Shown here: positions 7,372 to 19,128 of the stretch, piece after piece | Layout: every line of letters begins with the position of its first letter | How positions within the stretch are numbered: the first letter of the stretch is position 1 | Source: a virus | Lineage: Duplodnaviria > Heunggongvirae > Uroviricota > Caudoviricetes | Virus record (IMG/VR): IMGVR_UViG_2529293076_000030 | DNA length: 20,824 bases | Direction: 5' to 3' (one strand) | Notes under the pieces: generated by a model | The model's database searches: none | What the model saw: the letters and a program-made list of their open reading frames with translations, nothing else | What the model was told of the DNA's origin: nothing | Program-made: the position numbers and the translations under genes

Positions 7372-8057
7372 ATACCCAATATTTACAGTATGTCCGCGAG
7401 CAACTCATTGTGGCTACCGCTGATTTGAGCGGAGCAACGAAAGGACAGCTTGAAGCCTGGCTGGAGCATGCACAATTTGATACTGGTACATACAAACGAA
7501 AGAAGCCGCGCATTCTGGATGAGGTAACTGGCAGGATGATTACGCTGGATAATCCGCCGATTTCCGGTAAGCAGTCGTACGCAAAAGGTTCATCCATTGC
7601 ACTGGTCAGCCAGGTTGAGTTCTCAACCTCGTCATGGCGCCGCGCGGTTCTGTCTCTCGAAGAACATCAGAAAGCGTGGTTGCTGTGGAGTTACAGCGAA
7701 AGTGTTCGCTGGGAACATCAGGTCACCATAACGCAGTGGGCATGGAGCGAGTTTAAGACTCTGTTGGGTACCAGGAAAATTGCAGGTAAGACACTGGAAC
7801 GTTTGAAGAAGTTGATCTGGCTGGCGGCACAGGATGTGAAGAACGAGCTGGCAGGGCGTAAGACCTATGAATACCAGGAGCTGGCATCACTGGTGGGAGT
7901 GACATCAAAAAACTGGTCTGAGACATTTACTGAACGCTGGGTTGCAATGAAACACATTTTTCTACAGCTTGATAGCCAAGCTTTATTGCTTTTAACGAAA
8001 ACACGTTCAAAACAAAAGACCACATTTTCACAGCAAGATATTGCAAAACTGGATTAA
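7368..8057 (+). CDS. Putative late-gene antiterminator (Q-like), 229 aa; not lambda Q
   Basis: Assignment is mainly positional: after rusA/ylcG, before a strong promoter, two intrinsic terminators and the lysis cassette. Sequence lacks the Cys cluster of lambda Q and I do not recognise its family with certainty. Confidence 0.5.
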   Translation: MNTQYLQYVREQLIVATADLSGATKGQLEAWLEHAQFDTGTYKRKKPRILDEVTGRMITLDNPPISGKQSYAKGSSIALVSQVEFSTSSWRRAVLSLEEHQKAWLLWSYSESVRWEHQVTITQWAWSEFKTLLGTRKIAGKTLERLKKLIWLAAQDVKNELAGRKTYEYQELASLVGVTSKNWSETFTERWVAMKHIFLQLDSQALLLLTKTRSKQKTTFSQQDIAKLD

Positions 8058-8069
8058 AAATCATATATT
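8041..8069 (+). promoter_or_regulatory. Candidate sigma70 late promoter (pR'-like): -35 TTGCAA (8041-8046), 17-bp spacer, -10 TATATT (8064-8069)
   Basis: Hexamers and spacing read directly. Overlaps the last codons of the Q-like gene, as pR' does relative to Q in lambdoid phages. Confidence 0.4.
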
Positions 8070-8125
8070 TTATGTAAATCTGATATTTTGCCAATGTTGT
8101 ACGCACTGGCAGTAATCCAAATTCA

Positions 8126-8159
8126 AGCCCGAGGTTTAAAGCCTTGGGCTTTTCTGTTT
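8126..8159 (+). terminator. Intrinsic terminator hairpin plus T-tract
   Basis: Stem AGCCCGAGG / CCTTGGGCT, loop ~5 nt, followed by TTTTCTGTTT. Confidence 0.55.
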
Positions 8160-8238
8160 CTGAACGGTGAGTAGCCTTCCAACCTACCCCAGCCAGGGGG
8201 TCTTCAGCTGTTGAGTTGATATTGCTTAGCCCTCTGTT

Positions 8239-8264
8239 GCCAGCTACATGCTGGCTTTTTTATT
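8239..8264 (+). terminator. Intrinsic terminator (tR'-like)
   Basis: Perfect 6-bp GC-rich stem GCCAGC / GCTGGC, 5-nt loop, then TTTTTTATT. About 188 nt downstream of the candidate promoter start, similar to the ~194-nt lambda 6S RNA. Confidence 0.6.
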
Positions 8265-8378
8265 CCAGGCTTGTGGGGAGCATCAACTCCGTGCTTTGTC
8301 GTTAAATTACCCCGTGAGCCTGATTTCTGACATTTAACGTCCCGGCCTTTTGTCGGCGGCGAAACATTGGCTATTCAT

Positions 8379-8684
8379 ATGCACGAAAAAGAGAGCCTTG
8401 CCGGAGCGTTCTGGCTCGTTTTGCTGATCATCGCAGGTTGGGGCGGTCTGGTCCGCTACCTGATAGATGTGAAGCAGAGTAAAGCAACGTGGAGTTGGAT
8501 AAATGCTCTGGCTCAAATAGTGGTATCAGGATTCACCGGTGTTATTGGTGGCCTGATCAGCATCGAAAGTGGATTCAGTATTTACATGATTCTCGCGACA
8601 GCGGGGATTAGTGGTGCGATGGGTTCGGTTGCACTGACGTACTTCTGGGAACGACTGACAGGGGTGAAAAATGCAAAATCTTAA
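8379..8684 (+). CDS. Putative holin (101 aa from ATG 8379), three predicted transmembrane segments; not lambda S
   Basis: Three hydrophobic stretches (AGAFWLVLLIIAGWGGLV; INALAQIVVSGFTGVIGGLI; IYMILATAGISGAMGSVAL) and a short charged C-terminus. Overlaps the endolysin start by 14 nt, as S/R do in lambda. The ORF-track start at 8367 is a TTG. Confidence 0.6.
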   Translation: MHEKESLAGAFWLVLLIIAGWGGLVRYLIDVKQSKATWSWINALAQIVVSGFTGVIGGLISIESGFSIYMILATAGISGAMGSVALTYFWERLTGVKNAKS

Positions 8685-9147
8685 TCCTCAGCGTAAAGCC
8701 TTCCTCGATATGTTGGCGTGGTCAGAAGGAACGGATAACGGGCGACAACCGACACGTAACCACGGTTATGATGTTATTGTTGGCGGCGAACTGTTTACTG
8801 ATTACTCCGATCACCCTCGCAAACTTGTCACGCTACACCCCAAACTCAAATCAACAGCCGCCGGACGTTATCAGCTTCTTTCACGCTGGTGGGATGCTTA
8901 CCGTAAACAGCTTGGTTTGAAAGACTTCTCCCCCAAAAGCCAGGACGCAGTGGCATTGCAGCAGATTAAAGAGCGTGGTGCTTTACCTATGATTGATCGC
9001 GGTGATATCCGTCAGGCAATCGACCGTTGCAGTAATATCTGGGCTTCACTGCCGGGCGCTGGTTATGGTCAGTTCGAGCATAAGGCTGACAGCCTGATTG
9101 CAAAATTCAAAGAAGCTGGCGGAACGGTCAGAGAGAGTGAGGTATGA
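8671..9147 (+). CDS. R: Endolysin R, lambda-type lytic transglycosylase (158 aa)
   Basis: [47 protein letters not shown]... near-identical to lambda R as recalled. Confidence 0.92.
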   Translation: MQNLNPQRKAFLDMLAWSEGTDNGRQPTRNHGYDVIVGGELFTDYSDHPRKLVTLHPKLKSTAAGRYQLLSRWWDAYRKQLGLKDFSPKSQDAVALQQIKERGALPMIDRGDIRQAIDRCSNIWASLPGAGYGQFEHKADSLIAKFKEAGGTVRESEV

Positions 9148-9605
9148 GCAGAATAACCGCGATTATCTCCGCTCTGCTCATCTGCATCATCGTCTGCCTG
9201 TCATGGGCTGTTAATCATTACCGTGATAACGCCATTACCTACAAAGCCCAGCGCGACAAAAATGCCAGAGAACTGAAGCTGGCGAACGTGGCAATTACTG
9301 ACATGCAGATGCGTCAGCGTGATGTTGCTGCGCTCGATGCAAAATACACGAAGGAGTTAGCTGATGCGAAAGCTGAAAATGATGCTCTGCATGATGATGT
9401 TGCCGCTGGTCGTCGTCGGTTGCACATCAAAGCAGTCTGTCAGTCAGTGCGTGAAGCCACCACCGCCTCCGGCGTGGATAATGCAGCCTCCCCCCGACTG
9501 GCAGACACCGCTGAACGGGATTATTTCACCCTCAGAGAGAGGCTGATCACTATGCAAAAACAACTGGAAGGAACCCAGAAGTATATTAATGAGCAGTGCA
9601 GATAG
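9144..9605 (+). CDS. Rz: Rz inner-membrane spanin (153 aa)
   Basis: [60 protein letters not shown]... near-identical to lambda Rz. Confidence 0.9.
   Translation: MSRITAIISALLICIIVCLSWAVNHYRDNAITYKAQRDKNARELKLANVAITDMQMRQRDVAALDAKYTKELADAKAENDALHDDVAAGRRRLHIKAVCQSVREATTASGVDNAASPRLADTAERDYFTLRERLITMQKQLEGTQKYINEQCR
9364..9546 (+). CDS. Rz1: Rz1 outer-membrane lipoprotein spanin (60 aa), nested in the +1 frame of Rz
   Basis: [60 protein letters not shown]: lipobox LVVVGC and proline-rich stretch as in lambda Rz1. Confidence 0.85.
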   Translation: MRKLKMMLCMMMLPLVVVGCTSKQSVSQCVKPPPPPAWIMQPPPDWQTPLNGIISPSERG

Positions 9606-9636
9606 AGCTGCCCATATCGATGGGCAGCTCATGCAA

Positions 9637-9930
9637 TTATTGTGAGCAATACACACGCGCTTCCAGCGGAGTATAAATGCCTAAAGTAATAAAACCGAGC
9701 AATCCATTTACGAATGTTTGCTGGGTTTCTGTTTTAACAACATTTTCTGCGCCGCCACAAATTTTAGCTGCATCGACAGTTTTCTTCTGCCCAATTCCAG
9801 AGACGAAGAAATGGTGGGTGATGGTTTCCTTTGGTGTTACTGCTGCCGGTTTGTTTTGAACAGTAAACGTCTGTTGGGCACATCCTGTAATAAGCAGGGC
9901 CAGCGCAGTAGCGAGTAGCATTTTTTTCAT
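9637..9930 (-). CDS. bor: Bor lipoprotein (serum-resistance moron), 97 aa
   Basis: MKKMLLATALALLITGCAQQTFTVQNKPAAVTPKETITHHFFVSGIGQKK... essentially identical to lambda Bor. Lipobox LITGC. Confidence 0.92.
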   Translation of the reverse strand: MKKMLLATALALLITGCAQQTFTVQNKPAAVTPKETITHHFFVSGIGQKKTVDAAKICGGAENVVKTETQQTFVNGLLGFITLGIYTPLEARVYCSQ

Positions 9931-10211
9931 GGTGTTATTCCCGATGCTTTTTAAAGTTCGCAGAATCGTATGTGTAGAAAATTAAACAAACCCTAAACAA
10001 TGAGTTGAAATCTCATATTGTTAATATTTATTAATGTATGTCAGATGCGAAGGATCGTCACTGTATTCCCGGATTAACTATGTCCGCAGCCCTGACAGGG
10101 AAACTCCTCTGCGGGAGTGTCCGGGAATAATTAATAACGATGCACACAGGGTTTAGCGCGTACACGTATTGAACCGCCCCGGTTTTCCTGGAGAGTGTTT
10201 TATCTGTGAAC

Positions 10212-11099
10212 TCAGGCTGCCAGATCATCGTTTCTGATGGAAGCATAATAAGCTTTTTCTGCTTCTGCCGGAGGGATATGACCCAGCCTTCCCAGCAATC
10301 GTCGATTGTTATACCAGTCCACCCACGTGAGTGTGGCCAGTTCCACTTCTGCACGGTTTTTCCAGCTCTTACGGTGTATTACCTCCGCTTTGTAAAGACC
10401 ATTGATGCTCTCCGCCATCGCGTTGTCATACGAGTCACCTGTACTCCCTGTTGATGCCAGCAGTTTTGCTTCTTTTAGTCGCTCCGTATAGGCCAGTGAT
10501 ATATACTGAGAACCTTTATCACTGTGATGGACTGTGCCGGACGGCCGACGGGCCCACAACGCCTGCTCCAGTGCATCCAGCACGAATGTCGTTTCCATAG
10601 ACGATGAGACTCGCCACCCCACGATACATCCGGCAAACACATCAATGATGAACGCCACATAGACGAAGCCCTGCCATGTGCTGACGTAAGTAAAATCAGC
10701 CACCCACAGCTGGTCAGGACGTTCTGCCACGAACTGACGGTTTACGCGGTCGCCTGCGGAAACGGCTTTCCGGCTGACGGTAGTACGGACCTTTTTACCC
10801 CGGAGAACACCGGCAAGTCCCATAACCGCCATGAGGCGCGCCACTGTACATCTGGCCACCCTGATACCTTCGCGTAACAACTGGCGCCAGACTTTACGCA
10901 CACCGTACACCTGATGATTTTCATCGTATACGCGCTGTATCTCTCTCTTCAGCCAGTCATCGCGCTGAGCACGGGCACTGCGTTTATCAGGATGATGTCG
11001 CTGTTGCTGACAGTGGTAATACGTTGACGGGGCAATATGCAGTTCACTGCATACCGGTCCGACCCCGTACTGCTCACGCAGCTTATCCAGCAGCGGCAT
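10212..11099 (-). CDS. IS629-type transposase OrfB (DDE integrase-like catalytic domain), 295 aa from first ATG; normally expressed as an OrfAB fusion by -1 frameshift
   Basis: Contains DDE-type motifs (WVADFTY..., HSDKGSQY..., YDNAMAESINGLYKAE) characteristic of IS3-family transposases. In the -1 frame relative to orfA. Confidence 0.85.
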   Translation of the reverse strand: MPLLDKLREQYGVGPVCSELHIAPSTYYHCQQQRHHPDKRSARAQRDDWLKREIQRVYDENHQVYGVRKVWRQLLREGIRVARCTVARLMAVMGLAGVLRGKKVRTTVSRKAVSAGDRVNRQFVAERPDQLWVADFTYVSTWQGFVYVAFIIDVFAGCIVGWRVSSSMETTFVLDALEQALWARRPSGTVHHSDKGSQYISLAYTERLKEAKLLASTGSTGDSYDNAMAESINGLYKAEVIHRKSWKNRAEVELATLTWVDWYNNRRLLGRLGHIPPAEAEKAYYASIRNDDLAA

Positions 11100-11425
11100 T
11101 ATTTTTTCCAGAGGCGGTCGAACTCCGCCTTCGCAAAATAAGCGGAAGCCTGGCGAAGGATATCGTTACTGCGGCGCAGTTCACGATTTTCACGTTCCAG
11201 CTCTTTCAGACGCTGACGTTCAGCGGTGGTGAGTCCACCATCACCACTCCCGGTATCCCGCTCATGCTGACGAACCCACACACGCAGAGTCTCTGGTGTA
11301 CAGCCAATCTTTGGGGCAATGGAACAAATTGCCGCCCATTGTGAGTCATATTCGCCCTGACTTTCCAGAACCATACGAACTGCTCGTTGACGGACCTCGG
11401 GGGAAAAACGTGTATTTTTAGTCAT
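11099..11425 (-). CDS. IS629-type transposase OrfA (108 aa, HTH/leucine-zipper part)
   Basis: [57 protein letters not shown]... typical IS3-family OrfA. Ends ...WKK* at an A6 run that overlaps the orfB start. Confidence 0.85.
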   Translation of the reverse strand: MTKNTRFSPEVRQRAVRMVLESQGEYDSQWAAICSIAPKIGCTPETLRVWVRQHERDTGSGDGGLTTAERQRLKELERENRELRRSNDILRQASAYFAKAEFDRLWKK

Positions 11426-11534
11426 CCTGTTTACCTCTTTCTCAGGGAGTTTAGTCTCCAGGATTCCCGGGGCGGTTCATATTGCATTATGCCAACGCCC
11501 CGGTGCTGACACGGAAGAAACCGGACGTGATGAT

Positions 11535-11945
11535 TTAGCGTGGAAAGATTTGTGTAGTGTTCTGAATGCTCTCAGTAAATAGTAATGAATTATCAAAGGC
11601 ATAGTAATATCTTTTATGTTCGTGGATATTTGTAACCCATCGGAAAACTCCTGCTTTAGCAAGATTTTCCCTGTATTGCTGAAATGTGATTTCTCTTGAT
11701 TTCAACCTATCATAGGACGTTTCTATAAGATGCGTATTTCTTGAGAATTTAACATTCACAACCTTTTTAAGTCCTTTTATTAACACAGTGTTATCGTTTT
11801 CTAACACAATGTGAATATTATCTGTGGCTAGATAGTAAATATAATGTGAGACATTGTGACGTTTTAGTTCAGAATAAAACAATTCACAGTTTAAATCTTT
11901 TCGCACTTGATCGAATATTTCTTTAAAAATGGCAACCTGAGCCAT
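11535..11945 (-). CDS. ybcV: YbcV-like protein (homologue of lambda ORF p78, DUF1398-type), 136 aa from the SD-preceded ATG; the ORF extends to 12068 if the upstream ATG is used
   Basis: [43 protein letters not shown]... Position between bor and cos as in lambda. SD GGAAGG precedes the ATG at 11945; none precedes the ATG at 12068. AT-rich. Confidence 0.6.
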   Translation of the reverse strand: MAQVAIFKEIFDQVRKDLNCELFYSELKRHNVSHYIYYLATDNIHIVLENDNTVLIKGLKKVVNVKFSRNTHLIETSYDRLKSREITFQQYRENLAKAGVFRWVTNIHEHKRYYYAFDNSLLFTESIQNTTQIFPR

Positions 11946-12230
11946 TGGTAAAACCTTCCATGTGATACGAGGGCGCGTAGTTTGCATTATCGTTTTTATC
12001 GTTTCAATCTGGTCTGACCTCTTTGTGTTTTGTTGATGATTTATGTCAAATATTAGGAATGTTTTCAATTAATAGTATTGGTTGCGTAACAAAGTGCGGT
12101 CCTGCTGGCATTCTGGAGGGAAATACAACCGACAGATGTATGTAAGGCCAACGTGCTCAAATCTTCATACAGAAAGATTTGAAGTAATATTTTAACCGCT
12201 AGATGAAGAGCAAGCGCATGGAGCGACAAA

Positions 12231-12437
12231 ATGAATAAAGAACAATCTGCTGATGATCCCTCCGTGGATCTGATTCGTGTAAAAAATATGCTTAATAGCA
12301 CCATTTCTATGAGTTACCCTGATGTTGTAATTGCATGTATAGAACATAAGGTGTCTCTGGAAGCATTCAGGGCAATTGAGGCAGCGTTGGTGAAGCACGA
12401 TAATAATATGAAGGATTATTCCCTGGTGGTTGACTGA
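12231..12437 (+). CDS. ybcW: YbcW-like small protein (68 aa; homologue of lambda ORF p79)
   Basis: [70 protein letters not shown]-like GGAGCG upstream. Confidence 0.6.
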
Positions 12438-12601
12438 TCACCATAACTGCTAATCATTCAAACTACTTAACCTGTGACAGAGCCAACACGCAGTCTGTCA
12501 CTGTCAGGAAAGTGGTAAAACTGCAACTCAATTACTGCAATGCCCTCGTAATTAAGTGAATTTACAATATCGTCCTGTTCGGAGGGAAGAACGCGGGATG
12601 T

Positions 12602-12796
12602 TCATTCTTCATCACTTTTAATTGATGTATATGCTCTCTTTTCTGACGTTAGCCTCCGACGGCAGGCTTCAATGACCCAGGCTGAGAAATTTCCGGACCC
12701 TTTTTGATCAAGAGCGATGTTAATTTGTTCAATCATTTGGTTAGGAAAGCGGATGTTGCGGGTTGTTGTTCTGCGGGTTCTGTTCTTCGTTGACAT
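12602..12796 (-). CDS. ylcI: YlcI-like small protein (DUF3950-type), 64 aa
   Basis: MSTKNRTRRTTTRNIRFPNQMIEQINIALDQKGSGNFSAWVIEACRRRLTSEKRAYTSIKSDEE. Basic N-terminus; position just upstream of cos as in DLP12. Weak SD. Confidence 0.5.
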   Translation of the reverse strand: MSTKNRTRRTTTRNIRFPNQMIEQINIALDQKGSGNFSAWVIEACRRRLTSEKRAYTSIKSDEE

Positions 12797-12939
12797 GAGG
12801 TTGCCCCGTATTCAGTGTCGCTGATTTGTATTGTCTGAAGTTGTTTTTACGTTAAGTTGATGCGGATCAATTAATACGATACCTGCGTCATAATTGATTA
12901 TTTGACGTGGTTTGATGGCGTAGATGCACGTTGTGACAT

Positions 12940-13184
12940 GTAGATGATAATTATTATCATTTTGCGGGTCCTTTCCGGCGATCCGACAGGTTACGGGGCG
13001 GCGACCTCGCGGTTTTTCACTATTTATGAAAATTTTCCGGTTTAAGGCGTTTCCGTTCTTCTTCGCCGTAACCTAATGTTTTTATTTAAAACACCCCCTG
13101 AAAAGAAAGGAAACGACAGGTGCTGAAAACGGGCTTTTTGGCCTCTGTCGTTTCCTTTCTCTGTTTTTGTCCGTGGAATGAACA
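12940..13184 (+). other. cos: Lambda-type cos site: cosQ/cosN/cosB, with the 12-nt cohesive-end sequence GGGCGGCGACCT at 12996-13007
   Basis: ...CCGACAGGTTACG GGGCGGCGACCT CGCGG... read directly, matching the lambda right end/left end junction from memory. Downstream region up to Nu1 matches the lambda cosB region. Confidence 0.85.
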
Positions 13185-13704
13185 ATGGAAGTCAACAAAA
13201 AGCAGCTGGCTGACATTTTCGGCGCGAGTATCCGTACCATTCAGAACTGGCAGGAGCAGGGAATGCCCGTTCTGCGGGGTGGTGGCAAGGGTAATGAGGT
13301 ACTTTATGACTCTGCCGCCGCCATAAAATGGTATGCCGAAAGGGATGCTGAAATTGAGAACGAAAAGCTGCGCCGGGAAGTTGAAGAACTGAGGCAGGAC
13401 AGCGAGACAGATCTCCAGCCAGGGACTATTGAGTACGAACGCCATCGACTTACGCGTGCGCAGGCCGACGCACAGGAACTGAAGAATGCCAGAGACTCAG
13501 CTGAAGTGGTGGAAACCGCATTCTGTACTTTCGTGCTGTCGCGGATCGCAGGTGAAATTGCCAGTATTCTCGACGGGATCCCCCTGTCGGTGCAGCGGCG
13601 TTTTCCGGAACTGGAAAACCGACATGTTGATTTCCTGAAACGGGATATCATCAAAGCCATGAACAAAGCAGCCGCGCTGGATGAACTGATACCGGGGTTG
13701 CTGA

Positions 13705-13730
<26 letters not shown>
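13185..13730 (+). CDS. nu1: Terminase small subunit Nu1 (181 aa)
   Basis: MEVNKKQLADIFGASIRTIQNWQEQGMPVLRGGGKGNEVLYDSAAAIKWYAERDAEIENEKLRREVEEL... near-identical to lambda gpNu1. Confidence 0.95.
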
Positions 13731-17411
<3,681 letters not shown>

Positions 17412-17431
<20 letters not shown>

Positions 17432-18731
17432 TCTCCCGCATATTGCCAGCATGGCTTTTAATGAGCCGCTGATGCTTGAACCCGCCTATGCGCGGGTTTT
17501 CTTTTGTGCGCTTGCAGGCCAGCTTGGGATCAGCCGCCTGACGGATGCAGTATCCGGCGACAGCCTGACTGCCGGAGAGGCACCCGCGGCGCTGGCGTTA
17601 TCCGGTGATGATGACGGACCACGACAGGCCCGGAGTTATCAGGTCATGAACGGCATCGCCGTGCTGCCGGTGTCCGGTACGCTGGTCAGCCGGACGCGGG
17701 CGCTGCAGCCGTATTCGGGAATGACCGGTTACAACGGCATTATCGCCCGTCTGCAACAGGCTGCCAGCGATCCGATGGTGGACGGCATTCTGCTCGATAT
17801 GGACACACCGGGCGGGATGGTGGCGGGAGCATTTGACTGTGCTGACATCATCGCCCGTGTGCGAGACATAAAACCGGTATGGGCGCTGGCCAACGACATG
17901 AACTGCAGTGCAGGTCAGCTGCTTGCCAGCGCCGCCTCCCGGCGTCTGGTCACGCAGACCGCCCGGACAGGCTCCATCGGCGTCATGATGGCTCACAGTA
18001 ATTACGGTGCTGCCCTGGAGAAACAGGGCGTGGAAATCACGCTGATTTACAGCGGCAGCCATAAGGTGGATGGCAACCCCTACAGCCATCTACCGGGTGA
18101 TGTCCGGGAAACACTGCAGTCCCGGATGGATGCAACCCGCCGGATGTTTGCGCAGAAGGTGTCGGCATATACCGGCCTGTCCGTGCAGGCTGTGCTGGAT
18201 ACCGAGGCTGCAGTGTACAGCGGTCAGGAGGCCATTGATGCCGGACTGGCTGATGAACTTGTCAACAGCACCGATGCGATCACCGTTATGCGTGATGCAC
18301 TGGATGCACGTAAATCCCGTCTCTCAGGAGGGCGAATGACCAAAGAGACTCAATCAACAACTGTTTCAGCCACTGCTTCGCAGGCTGACGTTACTGGCGT
18401 GGTGCCAGCGACGGAGGGCGAAAACGCCAGCGCGGCGCAGCCGGACGTGAACGCGCAGATCACCGCTGCGGTTGCGGCAGAAAACAGCCGCATTATGGGG
18501 ATCCTCAACTGTGAGGAGGCTCACGGACGCGAAGAACAGGCCCGCGTGCTGGCAGAAACCCCCGGTATGACCGTGGAAACGGCCCGCCGCATTCTGGCCG
18601 CAGCACCACAGAGTGCACAGGCGCGCAGTGATACTGCGCTGGATCGTCTGATGCAGGGGGCACCGGCACCGCTGGCTGCAGGTAACCCGGCATCTGATGC
18701 CGTTAACGATTTGCTGAACACACCAGTGTAA
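17412..18731 (+). CDS. C: Head maturation protease/scaffold C (439 aa), GTG start at 17412
   Basis: TAELRNLPHIASMAFNEPLMLEPAYARVFFCALAGQLGIS... matches lambda gpC. The ORF-track 17277 start is an in-frame upstream extension overlapping B. Confidence 0.9.
18126..18731 (+). CDS. nu3: Scaffold protein Nu3 (201 aa), nested in-frame in the 3' third of C
   Basis: In-frame ATG at 18126 (MDATRRMFAQKV...) corresponds to the lambda Nu3 internal start, judged from the conserved offset relative to the C stop (lambda 5132..5737). Confidence 0.7.
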   Translation: MDATRRMFAQKVSAYTGLSVQAVLDTEAAVYSGQEAIDAGLADELVNSTDAITVMRDALDARKSRLSGGRMTKETQSTTVSATASQADVTGVVPATEGENASAAQPDVNAQITAAVAAENSRIMGILNCEEAHGREEQARVLAETPGMTVETARRILAAAPQSAQARSDTALDRLMQGAPAPLAAGNPASDAVNDLLNTPV

Positions 18732-18740
18732 GGGATGTTT

Positions 18741-19073
18741 ATGACGAGCAAAGAAACCTTTACCCATTACCAGCCGCTGGGCAACAGTGACCCGGCTCAT
18801 ACCGCAACCGCGCCCGGCGGATTGAGTGCGAAAGCGCCTGCAATGACCCCGCTGATGCTGGACACCTCCAGCCGTAAGCTGGTTGCGTGGGATGGCACCA
18901 CCGACGGTGCTGCCGTTGGCATTCTTGCGGTTGCTGCTGACCAGACCAGCACCACGCTGACGTTCTACAAGTCCGGCACGTTCCGTTATGAGGATGTGCT
19001 CTGGCCGGAGGCTGCCAGCGACGAGACGAAAAAACGGACCGCGTTTGCCGGAACGGCAATCAGCATCGTTTAA
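18741..19073 (+). CDS. D: Head decoration protein D (110 aa)
   Basis: [52 protein letters not shown]... matches lambda gpD. SD AAGGGA at 18730-18735. Confidence 0.92.
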   Translation: MTSKETFTHYQPLGNSDPAHTATAPGGLSAKAPAMTPLMLDTSSRKLVAWDGTTDGAAVGILAVAADQTSTTLTFYKSGTFRYEDVLWPEAASDETKKRTAFAGTAISIV

Positions 19074-19093
19074 CCTGACCCTTCATCACTAAA

Positions 19094-19115
19094 GGCCGCC
19101 TGTGCGGCTTTTTTT
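19094..19115 (+). other. Short GC hairpin (GGCCGC / GCGGC) followed by T7, between D and E
   Basis: Seen directly. Terminator-like, but it lies inside the late operon, so more likely an RNA stability or attenuation element. Confidence 0.3.
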
Positions 19116-19128
19116 ACGGGATTTTTTT

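Larger units (their letters stand above)
10170..11479 (-). mobile_element. Complete IS3-family insertion sequence, IS629/IS1203-type, 1310 bp, with terminal inverted repeats and 3-bp target site duplication TAT
   Basis: Ends read directly: TGAACCGCCCCGG at 10170-10182 and its reverse complement CCGGGGCGGTTCA at 11467-11479. Flanking TAT at 10167-10169 and 11480-11482. Internal orfA/orfB with 1-nt overlap. Confidence 0.9.

Noticed and set aside
6221-7597. Minus-strand ORFs (6221-6778, 6444-6782, 6583-6837, 6893-7597, 6922-7122) across ybcN/ninE/ybcO/rusA/ylcG/Q
   Set aside because: Antisense to a tightly coupled series of recognisable nin-region genes. Most plausibly non-coding.
8367-8378. 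TTG at 8367 as holin start, possible dual-start (holin/antiholin) motif
   Set aside because: First ATG is at 8379 and no positively charged residue lies between the two candidate starts. A dual-start claim is not supportable from sequence alone.
9444-9918. ORFs antisense to Rz and bor (9444-9656 minus; 9677-9859 and 9718-9918 plus)
   Set aside because: Overlap well-supported Rz/Rz1 and bor. Antisense artefacts.
10058-11344. ORFs 10058-10354 (minus), 10206-10454 (plus), 10475-10660 and 10742-10924 (minus), 11024-11344 (plus) within or overlapping the IS element
   Set aside because: Lie inside or antisense to the IS629 transposase frames (10058-10354 also spans the IS end into upstream sequence). 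No support as separate genes.
12474-12501. 8-bp stem hairpin between convergent ybcW and ylcI as a bidirectional terminator
   Set aside because: No U-tract on either strand. Left as an unassigned inverted repeat.
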